From: a virus
Taxonomy: Duplodnaviria; Caudoviricetes
Virus record (IMG/VR): IMGVR_UViG_3300020042_010429
Location: 1 to 40,434 of that record
Direction: 5' to 3' (one strand)
DNA length: 40,434 bases
Under the pieces are notes generated by a model. It saw nothing but the letters and a program-made list of their open reading frames with translations, was not told the origin of the DNA and did not search any database. The position numbers were made by a program, and so were the translations under genes. Below are positions 9,366 through 18,282 of the stretch, one piece after another (the first letter of the stretch is position 1; each line of letters starts with the position of its first letter).

Positions 9366-9620
9366 ATGGATCAAATAGTTCTAACACCTGAGGAGTTATC
9401 AGTTTTAAAAGAATTAGATATTAAAAAAAATAGTTTATCTTTAAATTTTAAAGAATTAGAAATAGAATATCAATCAAAAAAACAATATCTTCAATTTCAA
9501 TCAAAAATAATAAATACTAGTTGTGAAAAAATGGGTATTTTATTACATAAAAAATATGGAGATGGAATAATAGATCCCGACACAGGTATATTTAAAAAAT
9601 CTAATTTTGAAAATTCTTAA
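9366..9620 (+). CDS. Small coiled-coil hypothetical protein (possible fibre chaperone)
   Basis: Helical heptads ending 'KKYGDGIIDPDTGIF'; lies between fibre and sheath genes. Confidence 0.55.
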   Translation: MDQIVLTPEELSVLKELDIKKNSLSLNFKELEIEYQSKKQYLQFQSKIINTSCEKMGILLHKKYGDGIIDPDTGIFKKSNFENS

Positions 9621-9621
9621 T

Positions 9622-9630
9622 ATATTTATA
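9622..9630 (+). promoter_or_regulatory. Representative late-type motif ATATTTATA (before the sheath gene)
   Basis: The same or 1-mismatch motif occurs at 915, 1552, 3997, 7270, 9354, 11776, 12360, 13408, 16316, 38353 and 39265, each intergenic and shortly before a start codon. Confidence 0.65.
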
Positions 9631-9656
9631 ATAAAATAAAATAAAATACTACTAAC

Positions 9657-11759
9657 ATGCCAGCATTAATATCTCCCGGAGTACAAGCATCAGAAAATGA
9701 TGGTTCTTTTGTATCATCTCAACCTATTGTGGTTGGTGCCGCTATTGTAGGACCAACAGTAAAAGGTCCTGTAAATGTCCCAACAATTGTTCGTTCTTAT
9801 AGTGACTATCAAAATAGATTTGGTACTACTTTTTTAAGTGCTAGTCAAGTTTATACTTATTTTACTTCGGTAACTGCTTTTAATTATTTTAACAATGGTG
9901 GTGAAACCTTATTAGTAACAAGAGTAGTAACTGGTAGTTTTTTACCTGCAGTTTCAAGTAATGATAATGTTAGTGGAGGTCTAGGTATACCTAGTGGTTT
10001 AGTACAAACAACAGCTTCCGCAACATTAGATATAACTACTCTTTCAGCTAGCTATGCAGCTGTTGGTTCTAGTTCATTTAATTTAAATGGTATTACTATA
10101 AATTACACAGGTTCTACGCAAACAAACACAGCAAATCAAGTTAATATTAATGCTGCAGCCTTCTCAACAACATCTTCATTTGCAACAACTTCATCCTTTG
10201 TTATTAATGCAAGTTCATCAGCAACTGCTTATACTTCTTCTTGGTCAAATATTACAGCAAGCGCAGCAACATCCATCCTTACTTTATCTTCTACAGCTTC
10301 TGGAACTCTAGGTAATAGCCTTTATTACATTTCAGGAAGTACTACTACTTTATTTACTGGAGGTACAGTTTCAGCTTCATTTACTTTAAAAACAATATCT
10401 GAGGGTGTTATTATGAATAGCTCTAGTTCATTAGATGCTAGTGGCTCATTACTTTCAGGCTCAGAAAATAATATTAGATATCAAATTCAAAACAATAATA
10501 CCTCCTCAGGAACTTTTACTTTACTAATTAGAAGAGGTGATGATAATGATAATACACCAATTGTATTAGAAACTTGGACTAATTTATCAATGGATCCAAC
10601 TTCAGTAAATTATGTATCTAAAGTAATTGGTAACCAAAGAAAACAATATAGTAGTCAAGATAATCAAATTGAGGTACTTGGAGATTATCCAAATAATTCA
10701 AGATATGTTTATGTATCTAGTGTGTTAACACCCACCCCATTTTTCTTTGATAACAACGGTATTGCAAAACCTCAATACACAAGTTCAATCCCAGTAAACT
10801 CAGAAGGATCTTTTAAAAATGCTACAGGTACTTTATTTATAGGTCAAGCAAATTATTATGACTCAATTACTGCTGCAACTACAGCCCCACAAGGTATATC
10901 AGCAAGTGGTTATACTAATATGATTAGATTATTAGGCAATGCTGATGATTATAGATTTAATGTATTATTAACTCCGGGATTATTTGCTTCAACAGCTAAT
11001 TTAGGTGCTTCACAAATAACAACAGCAATAAATAATACTCAACTTAGAGGAGATAATATTTATGTAGTTGATTTAGTACCTTTTGGATCTACTATATCAC
11101 AAGCTGTTGCCCAAGCAAGTTCTAAAAACACTTCATATGCTGCCTCTTATTGGCCTTGGGTTCAAACAATTGATCCAGATTCAGCACAGTTAGTTTGGCT
11201 ACCAGCATCATCATTAGTAGCAGGAGCTTATGCTTTCAATGATAGTATTTCAGAACCTTGGTTTGCCCCTGCCGGTATTACTAGAGGTGGATTAAGCACA
11301 GCAGTTAGAGCTGAAAAGAAATTATCTCAAACAGATCGTGATAATTTATATGAAAATAAAGTAAATCCAATAGCTACATTCCCTGGAAATGGAGTTGTAG
11401 TATATGGCCAAAAAACATTACAAACAAAAGCATCTGCTCTTGATCGTGTAAATGTTCGTCGTTTATTAATTGCACTTAAATCTTATATTTCTCAAGTAGC
11501 TCAAAACTTAGTATTTGAACAAAATTCAATAGCTACAAGAAATGGTTTTTTAGCTGCAGTAAATCCATATTTAGAAACAGTACAACAAAAACAAGGTTTG
11601 TATGCTTTTAAAGTAATCATGGATGATAGCAACAATACAGCGGATGTAATCGATAGAAATCAAATGGTAGGTCAGATTTATATCCAACCAACAAAAACAG
11701 CAGAATTCATCTATCTAGACTTTAATATTTTACCAACAGGTGCTATATTCCCTGGATAA
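9657..11759 (+). CDS. Contractile tail sheath protein (gp18-like)
   Basis: 'ISPGV...E.D', 'GPTVKGP', 'PWFAPAG..RG', 'VNPI', 'GQKTL', 'DRVNVRRL', 'FEQN', 'PTKTAEFI'. Confidence 0.95.
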   Translation: MPALISPGVQASENDGSFVSSQPIVVGAAIVGPTVKGPVNVPTIVRSYSDYQNRFGTTFLSASQVYTYFTSVTAFNYFNNGGETLLVTRVVTGSFLPAVSSNDNVSGGLGIPSGLVQTTASATLDITTLSASYAAVGSSSFNLNGITINYTGSTQTNTANQVNINAAAFSTTSSFATTSSFVINASSSATAYTSSWSNITASAATSILTLSSTASGTLGNSLYYISGSTTTLFTGGTVSASFTLKTISEGVIMNSSSSLDASGSLLSGSENNIRYQIQNNNTSSGTFTLLIRRGDDNDNTPIVLETWTNLSMDPTSVNYVSKVIGNQRKQYSSQDNQIEVLGDYPNNSRYVYVSSVLTPTPFFFDNNGIAKPQYTSSIPVNSEGSFKNATGTLFIGQANYYDSITAATTAPQGISASGYTNMIRLLGNADDYRFNVLLTPGLFASTANLGASQITTAINNTQLRGDNIYVVDLVPFGSTISQAVAQASSKNTSYAASYWPWVQTIDPDSAQLVWLPASSLVAGAYAFNDSISEPWFAPAGITRGGLSTAVRAEKKLSQTDRDNLYENKVNPIATFPGNGVVVYGQKTLQTKASALDRVNVRRLLIALKSYISQVAQNLVFEQNSIATRNGFLAAVNPYLETVQQKQGLYAFKVIMDDSNNTADVIDRNQMVGQIYIQPTKTAEFIYLDFNILPTGAIFPG

Positions 11760-11807
11760 AAAAATAAAATATTTAATATTTATAATAAAACTAAATAAAA
11801 TAACAAA

Positions 11808-12296
11808 ATGGCCATATTAGATTCAAGCGAAATATTTTTCAATGCATTTGAACCAAAACAAGCAAATAGGTTTATCGTGCTAATTGGTGGAATTCCATCA
11901 TATGAAATTAAAGGTGTAAGTGCAGTTACTCTTAACTCAGGAACAGTTACCTTAAACCATATGAACGTTCAACGTTACCTTAAGGGTATGACAAAATGGG
12001 ATCCAATTACATTTACTCTTTATGACCCAATAACTCCTTCGGGAGCTCAAGCAATAATGGAGTGGGTACGATTACACCATGAATCTGTAACAGGACGGGA
12101 TGGTTATTTGGATATGTATAAAAAAGAATTAACAATAAATGTATTAGGTCCTGTAGGAGATATTGTTTCTGAATGGATATTAAAAGGATGTTTTATTACA
12201 AGTGCTGCCTTTGGTGAATACAATTGGGATACAGCGGATACAGCTATAAACCTTACAATGACAGTTCAACCAGATTATTGTGTGTTAAATTTCTAA
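11808..12296 (+). CDS. Tail tube protein (gp19-like)
   Basis: 'FEPK..NRF', 'W.PIT.TLYDP' and 'W.LKGCF'; directly after the sheath gene. Confidence 0.9.
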   Translation: MAILDSSEIFFNAFEPKQANRFIVLIGGIPSYEIKGVSAVTLNSGTVTLNHMNVQRYLKGMTKWDPITFTLYDPITPSGAQAIMEWVRLHHESVTGRDGYLDMYKKELTINVLGPVGDIVSEWILKGCFITSAAFGEYNWDTADTAINLTMTVQPDYCVLNF

Positions 12297-12323
12297 TTTA
12301 ACATTTTAAAATTATTTTAAAGA

Positions 12324-12355
12324 AAGCTCGCAAAAAATGCGAGCTTCCTTTATTT
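12324..12355 (+). terminator. Probable Rho-independent terminator after the tube gene
   Basis: AAGCTCGCA-aaaaa-TGCGAGCTT followed by CCTTTATTT. Confidence 0.7.
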
Positions 12356-12400
12356 CCATATATTTATATACGAACAACAAAGTTATAATAAATAAAAATT

Positions 12401-13147
12401 ATGGAAGAAAAAAAACACAAATTCCCTACGGAACACGTAGAATTACCTTCAAAAGGTTTACTTTACCCTGAAAAACATCCCTTATCAAAAGGTACTGTCG
12501 AAATAAAATATATGACAGCTAAAGAAGAAGATATTCTTACTAATCTAAATTATATTAAACAAGGAATAGTAATTGATAAATTACTGCAATCTCTTGTAAT
12601 AACTAAATTTGATTGGGATGATCTATTAATTGGAGATAAAAATGCTATTATGGTTGCTTCTCGTATTTTAGGTTATGGTAAAGATTATCCTTTTACATAT
12701 GAAGGAGAAGAAATACTATTAGATCTTAACGAACTTCCTACTATTTATTTAGATGAAACAAAAGTAACTAAAGGCGTTAATGAATTTGAATTTGAAACAC
12801 CCATAGGAAAAAATAAACTTACGTTTAAATATTTAACATCAAGAGATGAAAAAGCAATTGAGGCTGAAAGTAAAGGTCTTAAAAGAATTAATAAAAATGC
12901 ATCTACTGATCTTACGTCTCGTTTAAAAATCCAAATCCTTTCAGTAGATGGAGATGATGATCCTAAAACTATTAGAGACTTTGTTGATAATTATTTTTTA
13001 GCACGTGATGCTTCAGCTTTTAGATCTTACTTAAAAGCAACCCAACCAGATATTAAAATGACCTTTATTCATGAAGGAGCAAATGGTGAAGAGGAGGTCA
13101 CCGTACCTATGCAGGTACAGTTTTTTTGGCCTGACTCAAGAGTATAG
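12401..13147 (+). CDS. Tail/baseplate assembly chaperone (T4 gp26-like)
   Basis: 'VELPSKG..Y', 'MTAKEEDIL', 'R..GYG' and terminal 'FFWP'; between tube and tape measure. Confidence 0.7.
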   Translation: MEEKKHKFPTEHVELPSKGLLYPEKHPLSKGTVEIKYMTAKEEDILTNLNYIKQGIVIDKLLQSLVITKFDWDDLLIGDKNAIMVASRILGYGKDYPFTYEGEEILLDLNELPTIYLDETKVTKGVNEFEFETPIGKNKLTFKYLTSRDEKAIEAESKGLKRINKNASTDLTSRLKIQILSVDGDDDPKTIRDFVDNYFLARDASAFRSYLKATQPDIKMTFIHEGANGEEEVTVPMQVQFFWPDSRV

Positions 13148-13367
13148 ATTTAATTTATTTAAACAAATTCACGAAATTATTTTTTATGGTCGAGGATATG
13201 ATTATGATACCCTCTATAATATGCCTATTTGGTTAAGACGCATTACATTTAAATGGACTCAAGATTCAATAGACCAAGAAGAAAAAAATAAAAATAATAC
13301 TTCAGGAAATAATAACCCCGGAAAAACCACTTTAGATTGGGTAAACCCAGATAGAAGTAAATTTTAA
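13122..13367 (+). CDS. Downstream chaperone segment (gp51-like / 'GT'-type), probably reached by frameshift from the upstream ORF
   Basis: In the +1 frame relative to the 12401 ORF. Plausible protein 'FFGLTQEYR...IHEIIFYG...YNMPIWLR' begins exactly at the T7 run 13121-13127. Confidence 0.6.
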   Translation, partial: FFGLTQEYRFNLFKQIHEIIFYGRGYDYDTLYNMPIWLRRITFKWTQDSIDQEEKNKNNTSGNNNPGKTTLDWVNPDRSKF

Positions 13368-13379
13368 TAAAATAAAAAA

Positions 13380-13406
13380 AAAAGGTATTATATTTTAATA
13401 CCTTTT
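13380..13406 (+). terminator. AT-rich hairpin before the tape measure gene
   Basis: AAAAGGTATTA-tattt-TAATACCTTTT, followed by the late motif at 13408. Confidence 0.45.
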
Positions 13407-13434
13407 AATATTTATAACATATATTCAATGTAAA

Positions 13435-16302
13435 ATGGCTAAGAAACTAGAAGAAATTAAAGCTCAAAATGCTGAAGAAGCTAACAAAGCCTTAGGAGAC
13501 CAACTAAATTTAGTTACAGCTCTTCAAGATAAGATGGTTGATCTTATTAAGATTTACAGAGAAAAAGGTACATTAGATAAATTATCATTAGATAATATTA
13601 AAGCAGTTACAGCAGCTACTAAAGCATATAAATCCGAATATGATTCTGTAAAAGAAGTTCAAAAAGATATATCAAGAAATCTACAACTTCAAAACGATAT
13701 AACAAAACAAACCAATGCTTTAATAAAAAAGGGTGGAGATGGTTTAAAAGATGAGATGAAATTGCTTGGTATAAAAAAACAAAGTCTTTCAGATCAACAA
13801 GCTAAATTAGCTAAAATGGATAGCCAAAAAAAGCAAGGATTAAAAATTGATGAGGTTGCTTATGCTCAAACCCAAAAAACAGTACTTAAAAAAGAAGAAC
13901 AACTTAAACTTGCTTACGAAAATTTAACACCTGAAGCTCAACAATTAGTACTATTAGAAGAAGCTGGAAAATTATTAGAAGGCAATAATGTTCATTTAAA
14001 AGAACAATTAAGACGTCAAGAAAATTTAGTATCATCCCAATCCTTATTTACCTCTGCGGTAGGTGGAACTTCAAAGGTTTTAAATAAATTAGGATTTGGT
14101 AATTTAAGTAATAGATTAGGATTAGATAAAGCAAAACAAGCAGCAGATGAATTAACATATAGATTAACTGATGGAGGTAAAAAATCATTAGGTATGTTTG
14201 GTAAAATGAGAGTAGCTGCATTTACTTTTGGTACAGCTTTAAAGACAGCTTTAGGCCCAATGGCTTTAATTTCAATGGCTATTAGTGCTGGCTCCTTCCT
14301 ATTCCAGAAATTTAAACAAATGGGTGCCGAAGCTCTAGAATACATGAAAGAAATTAGCCAAGAAACAGCTAATATGACTCGTGAAATGGGGGTAGGTGCT
14401 GCAACAGGAGCTAAACTAGCAGGACAAGCAAGAGCAATAGGTGGTGCTATGGGTATGACTCATGAACAAGCAACAGCAGCAGCCGGATCAATATATAGCC
14501 AATTAGCTGGTTCAGAAATGTTAGGAGCAAGTACTTTAAAAACATTTATGAAATTAAATGTTCATGGAAATGTAAGTGCTGAAACTTTATCTAAAATATA
14601 TGGTTTATCAAAATTAAGTGGTAAAGCCGCAGGAACAGTAGCAGAAGAAATTGCAAGAGCAGCATCTCATTCTATTAAAAGTTTAAAAGTAAACGTAAGT
14701 ATGAGAGCTGTTATGGAAGGAGTTGCTAAAGTCTCCAGCCGTGTAGCCTTAAGCATGGGAGGATCAGGAACAGCAATAACGGGTGCCGTTGTTCAAGCTA
14801 AAAAATTAGGTTTGGAAATGGAGCAAGTTGAAAGTATTGCTAATTCGTTATTAAATATTGAAGATTCAATAGCGGCTGAAATGGAAGCAGAATTATTAAC
14901 TGGTAAAGAATTAAATCTTGAAAAAGCAAGAGAAGCAGCTTTATCGGGAAATAATGTTGCATTGATGGCCGCCTTAGCCGAACAAGGTATTACTGCTGCT
15001 GACTATAGTAAAATGAATCGTATCCAACAAGAGGCTTTAGGTAAAGCAATGGGGATGAATGGTGAACAATTAGGAGATATGTTAGCTAACCAAGAAAAAG
15101 TAGAAGCATCTAACACTAGCCTTGTTGCCGGACAAAACGCAGGTGTAGCAGCTATGACATCTCAAGCCTCACTTGCTGAACAAATAGCAAATGCAGAGGA
15201 TGCAAGAAAAGCATCTATGGGTCCTATAGGTGCAATGTTTTTAATGTTTCAAAATGCTATGAGAGAAATAGCAATAGCTCTTATGCCTGTAATGATAGTT
15301 CTATTCCAAGAAATATGGAATATAGTATGGCCTTTATTTGAAGGAGTAAAAAATTGGTTAACAGATTCCAAGAATGTTAAAATGATGACGGAAGGTATTA
15401 AAGGTGCTTTTGCAAGTGTAAAAGAATTTTTAACACCAATATTTGAAATGTTAGGAGACTTAGCAATGAATTTAGTTCCGGTAATATTAGTAATATGGGA
15501 AAAAATACAACCAGTTATCTTTTATATTAGAGATTTAATTATGGAGATAGTAGGTTCTGTTGGTAGTTTACTTAATAAGTTAGCAACTGGAAATGGTGAA
15601 TTTACTAAAATGGAAAAATTAGTAGGAGCCGTTGGACTAGGATTAATAGCAATAAAAGGAACTATGATGGCTATTAACTTATATAAAAAAGCAATGGTTA
15701 AATATGAAAAAATATCTGCAGGTTTAACTAAAGCTAAACAAGTATATGAAAAAATAAGTGTAAAATTATCTAAAGGTAAATTAGCTGTTGAAAAACTTTT
15801 AGGTAAAGAAAATATTAAAGCAGGGGCTCAAATGGCAAAAAACGCAGCACTTGCAATGAAAGATTTTGTTAAATCAGTTGGTACAGCTATTATGAAAGCA
15901 ATCAGTTCACTAGCAGCAATTCCCGTTGTTGGATTTGGTTTAGGTATAGCAGCGGGTGCAACTATTGCAGTTCTAGCAGCTAAATACATGAATGACGGTA
16001 TAATCCCACCATCATCCGGAAAAGGAGGACGAACATTATTTGGTCCTGAAGGATCAATTAAATTTAATGATAAAGATACAATTGTTGCTGGTACTGATTT
16101 ATTTGGTAATAGTTCAAATAAAGATAGTACACAATCATCCCCAACTCAAACCAGCAGTGCTGGAGGTGAATCAATAATGATTATGGAACTTCAAAAAGTA
16201 TCAGCTTTATTACAACAGATTCTTAGTAAAGAAGGAAATGTAATGATTGATGGTAATAAAGTAGGAGTTACATTAGCTTTAGCTAATTATAGACAACAAT
16301 AA
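13435..16302 (+). CDS. Tape measure protein
   Basis: 955 aa, helical and Ala/Gly/Lys/Met-rich, 'SIAAEMEAELLTGKELNLEKAR', hydrophobic C-terminal segments; follows the chaperone pair. Confidence 0.85.
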   Translation: MAKKLEEIKAQNAEEANKALGDQLNLVTALQDKMVDLIKIYREKGTLDKLSLDNIKAVTAATKAYKSEYDSVKEVQKDISRNLQLQNDITKQTNALIKKGGDGLKDEMKLLGIKKQSLSDQQAKLAKMDSQKKQGLKIDEVAYAQTQKTVLKKEEQLKLAYENLTPEAQQLVLLEEAGKLLEGNNVHLKEQLRRQENLVSSQSLFTSAVGGTSKVLNKLGFGNLSNRLGLDKAKQAADELTYRLTDGGKKSLGMFGKMRVAAFTFGTALKTALGPMALISMAISAGSFLFQKFKQMGAEALEYMKEISQETANMTREMGVGAATGAKLAGQARAIGGAMGMTHEQATAAAGSIYSQLAGSEMLGASTLKTFMKLNVHGNVSAETLSKIYGLSKLSGKAAGTVAEEIARAASHSIKSLKVNVSMRAVMEGVAKVSSRVALSMGGSGTAITGAVVQAKKLGLEMEQVESIANSLLNIEDSIAAEMEAELLTGKELNLEKAREAALSGNNVALMAALAEQGITAADYSKMNRIQQEALGKAMGMNGEQLGDMLANQEKVEASNTSLVAGQNAGVAAMTSQASLAEQIANAEDARKASMGPIGAMFLMFQNAMREIAIALMPVMIVLFQEIWNIVWPLFEGVKNWLTDSKNVKMMTEGIKGAFASVKEFLTPIFEMLGDLAMNLVPVILVIWEKIQPVIFYIRDLIMEIVGSVGSLLNKLATGNGEFTKMEKLVGAVGLGLIAIKGTMMAINLYKKAMVKYEKISAGLTKAKQVYEKISVKLSKGKLAVEKLLGKENIKAGAQMAKNAALAMKDFVKSVGTAIMKAISSLAAIPVVGFGLGIAAGATIAVLAAKYMNDGIIPPSSGKGGRTLFGPEGSIKFNDKDTIVAGTDLFGNSSNKDSTQSSPTQTSSAGGESIMIMELQKVSALLQQILSKEGNVMIDGNKVGVTLALANYRQQ

Positions 16303-16340
16303 ATTAAACTTTTTAATATTTATAAATAAAACTAAACATC

Positions 16341-16613
16341 ATGCCACAACAACCAACATCCCTTTCAGACTTATTAGCTGCAGGCGGAACTACTAAAGCA
16401 TTTACTGCTCCAACAACATCTCCTAATCTTCAATTTTCAAAATTAAAAGCAACCTTTGCAAATTCTTCTTCTTTAGATGCAAATGGAGGAGTTGCACCCC
16501 CACCACCAAATCTTCAATTTTCAAAATTAAAAGCAACCTTTGCAATTTCTTCTTCTTTAGATGCAAATGGAGGAGTTACACCCCCACAGTATATTGATAA
16601 CCTACCAACTTAA
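16341..16613 (+). CDS. Small hypothetical virion protein with an internal 28-aa duplication
   Basis: Two copies of PNLQFSKLKATFA.SSSLDANGGV.PP; late motif upstream. Confidence 0.6.
   Translation: MPQQPTSLSDLLAAGGTTKAFTAPTTSPNLQFSKLKATFANSSSLDANGGVAPPPPNLQFSKLKATFAISSSLDANGGVTPPQYIDNLPT
16422..16587 (+). repeat. Tandem direct repeat, 84-bp period, 2 copies
   Basis: 16422-16503 and 16506-16587 differ at 3 positions. Confidence 0.95.
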
Positions 16614-16643
16614 TCAATTATTTAACTAATTAATTAAAAAATT

Positions 16644-17942
16644 ATGGGTTTAGTTACAATGCTTACAGATCCTACTTCCTTTAAGTTTTATGCTAACGGG
16701 GACCCGTACATGCTTTATAGAGGTAAAGGATATGCTTATAGTCCTCGAGATATTCCATTAACTGCTGGTACTCCAAATAATGATGGAATTATGGGGAATG
16801 GAGCTACTACTGAACCTTTAATAATAACACCACTTCCCGCATTAGATTCTCAACGAACACCTCAAACATCTATTGATAGTTTATATAGAGGAACAGGAGT
16901 ATCAGAAAAAGCAAGAAATGAAGACATTAAAAGGATAGAAAAATTTTTAGACTCCCCAGCAGGTAGACAATTTATTTTAAAAGAACAAACATTACTTCTT
17001 AAACAAAATATTGAAGTATATGGTACAGATATTTTAAAATATAAAACAATAAACCCTCTTTCATATATAGCAAATGTAACAACATCTGGTACAGGAGTTC
17101 GTGTACCAAATATTTTAAATTTTGGACTAAATCCAAGTTTAACTCGCGAAGCTCTTTATGGAGAACTAGCATCATATCCAAATAATAAAACTAGAAAAAT
17201 AGCCCAAAAAGCTGGATTAAATGTAGATACTATAACTACAAGTCCTATGTATATGGCTCAGTCAGTTAAAGGGGAGTATTTAAATGATACTGTTCCTTTT
17301 TACATCCAAAAAATTAATAATGATGGCTCAGGAAATAATACATATATTCATTTTAGAGCTTACGTAACAGGACTTACAGATGATTATGGAGCTGATTGGA
17401 CGGAAACTAAATATATGGGTAGAGGAGAAAAATTTTTCTCATATCATGGTTTTTCTCGAGATATATCCTTTGGATTCTCAGTTCCTGTATTATCCCGAGC
17501 AGAACAATCTTCCGTTTATAGTAAATTAAATTATTTAGCATCAATGATGGCCCCTGATTATACTGAGGGAGGATTTATGAGAGGTAATCTAGTTAAAATT
17601 ACCATAGGAGACTACATAAAAGATCTCCCAGGAATAATAAAAGGAGTAAGTTACGAAATAGATCCAGAGGCAGGATGGGATATAGCTAGAGATGAACTTG
17701 GAAATAAAGAACCAGGTGCGTATATTATGCCTAAATTAATTCAAATTAAAGGTATTAAATTTACACCTATTCATAACTTTATTCCTCAAACAGTAAGTAA
17801 TAAATTTCTTAATTTAGAAAATAGTACGGGTAATGATGTAAATTCTCCCTTTATTACATTTGGAAGAGGACCAACGGCTAATAGTGCGGGTGGTTATAAA
17901 AATACCTTAAGAAAAGGAGTTTCAGCATCTGACCCTGCGTAA
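16644..17942 (+). CDS. Baseplate/tail-tube initiator-like protein
   Basis: C-terminal tube-like domain 'FRAY...LTD.Y.ADW....YMGRGE....Y.GFSR.ISF.F' and 'ITIGD'; follows the tape measure. Confidence 0.6.
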   Translation: MGLVTMLTDPTSFKFYANGDPYMLYRGKGYAYSPRDIPLTAGTPNNDGIMGNGATTEPLIITPLPALDSQRTPQTSIDSLYRGTGVSEKARNEDIKRIEKFLDSPAGRQFILKEQTLLLKQNIEVYGTDILKYKTINPLSYIANVTTSGTGVRVPNILNFGLNPSLTREALYGELASYPNNKTRKIAQKAGLNVDTITTSPMYMAQSVKGEYLNDTVPFYIQKINNDGSGNNTYIHFRAYVTGLTDDYGADWTETKYMGRGEKFFSYHGFSRDISFGFSVPVLSRAEQSSVYSKLNYLASMMAPDYTEGGFMRGNLVKITIGDYIKDLPGIIKGVSYEIDPEAGWDIARDELGNKEPGAYIMPKLIQIKGIKFTPIHNFIPQTVSNKFLNLENSTGNDVNSPFITFGRGPTANSAGGYKNTLRKGVSASDPA

Positions 17943-17956
17943 TAAATTAAATAAAA

Positions 17957-18280
17957 ATGAGTAGTAGATATATAAATGTTCCTTTAATACCATTTTCTGA
18001 GGCTAAAGGTAATAAAACATTTCCAATACAAAGAAGTACTAGATACCCCGAATTACCTAAAGATGTAAACGATACTTATGCTATTACTACGGAAGGGGAT
18101 AGACTAGATTTACTAGCTCAACAATTTTATGGTGATGTTAATCTTTGGTGGATTATAGCATCGGGTAACCCAGATATTATCCCTCAAAATTCTCTATTTA
18201 TTCCCGGTGGAACTGAAATAAGAATTCCTTATAATGTTTCACTTGCTCAAACACTTTTTAAGACTATAAACCAAATTTAA
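17957..18280 (+). CDS. LysM-like baseplate wedge protein (gp53/gpX-like)
   Basis: 'EGDRLDLLAQQFYGDVNLWWIIA..N' and 'G..IRIP'. Confidence 0.8.
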   Translation: MSSRYINVPLIPFSEAKGNKTFPIQRSTRYPELPKDVNDTYAITTEGDRLDLLAQQFYGDVNLWWIIASGNPDIIPQNSLFIPGGTEIRIPYNVSLAQTLFKTINQI

Positions 18281-18282
18281 AC

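Noticed and set aside
9623-9630. TATAAATA on the minus strand as true T4 late promoters driving antisense genes
   Set aside because: There are no credible minus-strand genes, and the motif is consistently positioned relative to + strand starts.
13071-13120. ATG 13071 as an independent start for the second chaperone ORF
   Set aside because: It is 77 nt inside the upstream gene with no leader like other starts; plausible sequence begins at the T7 run. Not fully excluded.
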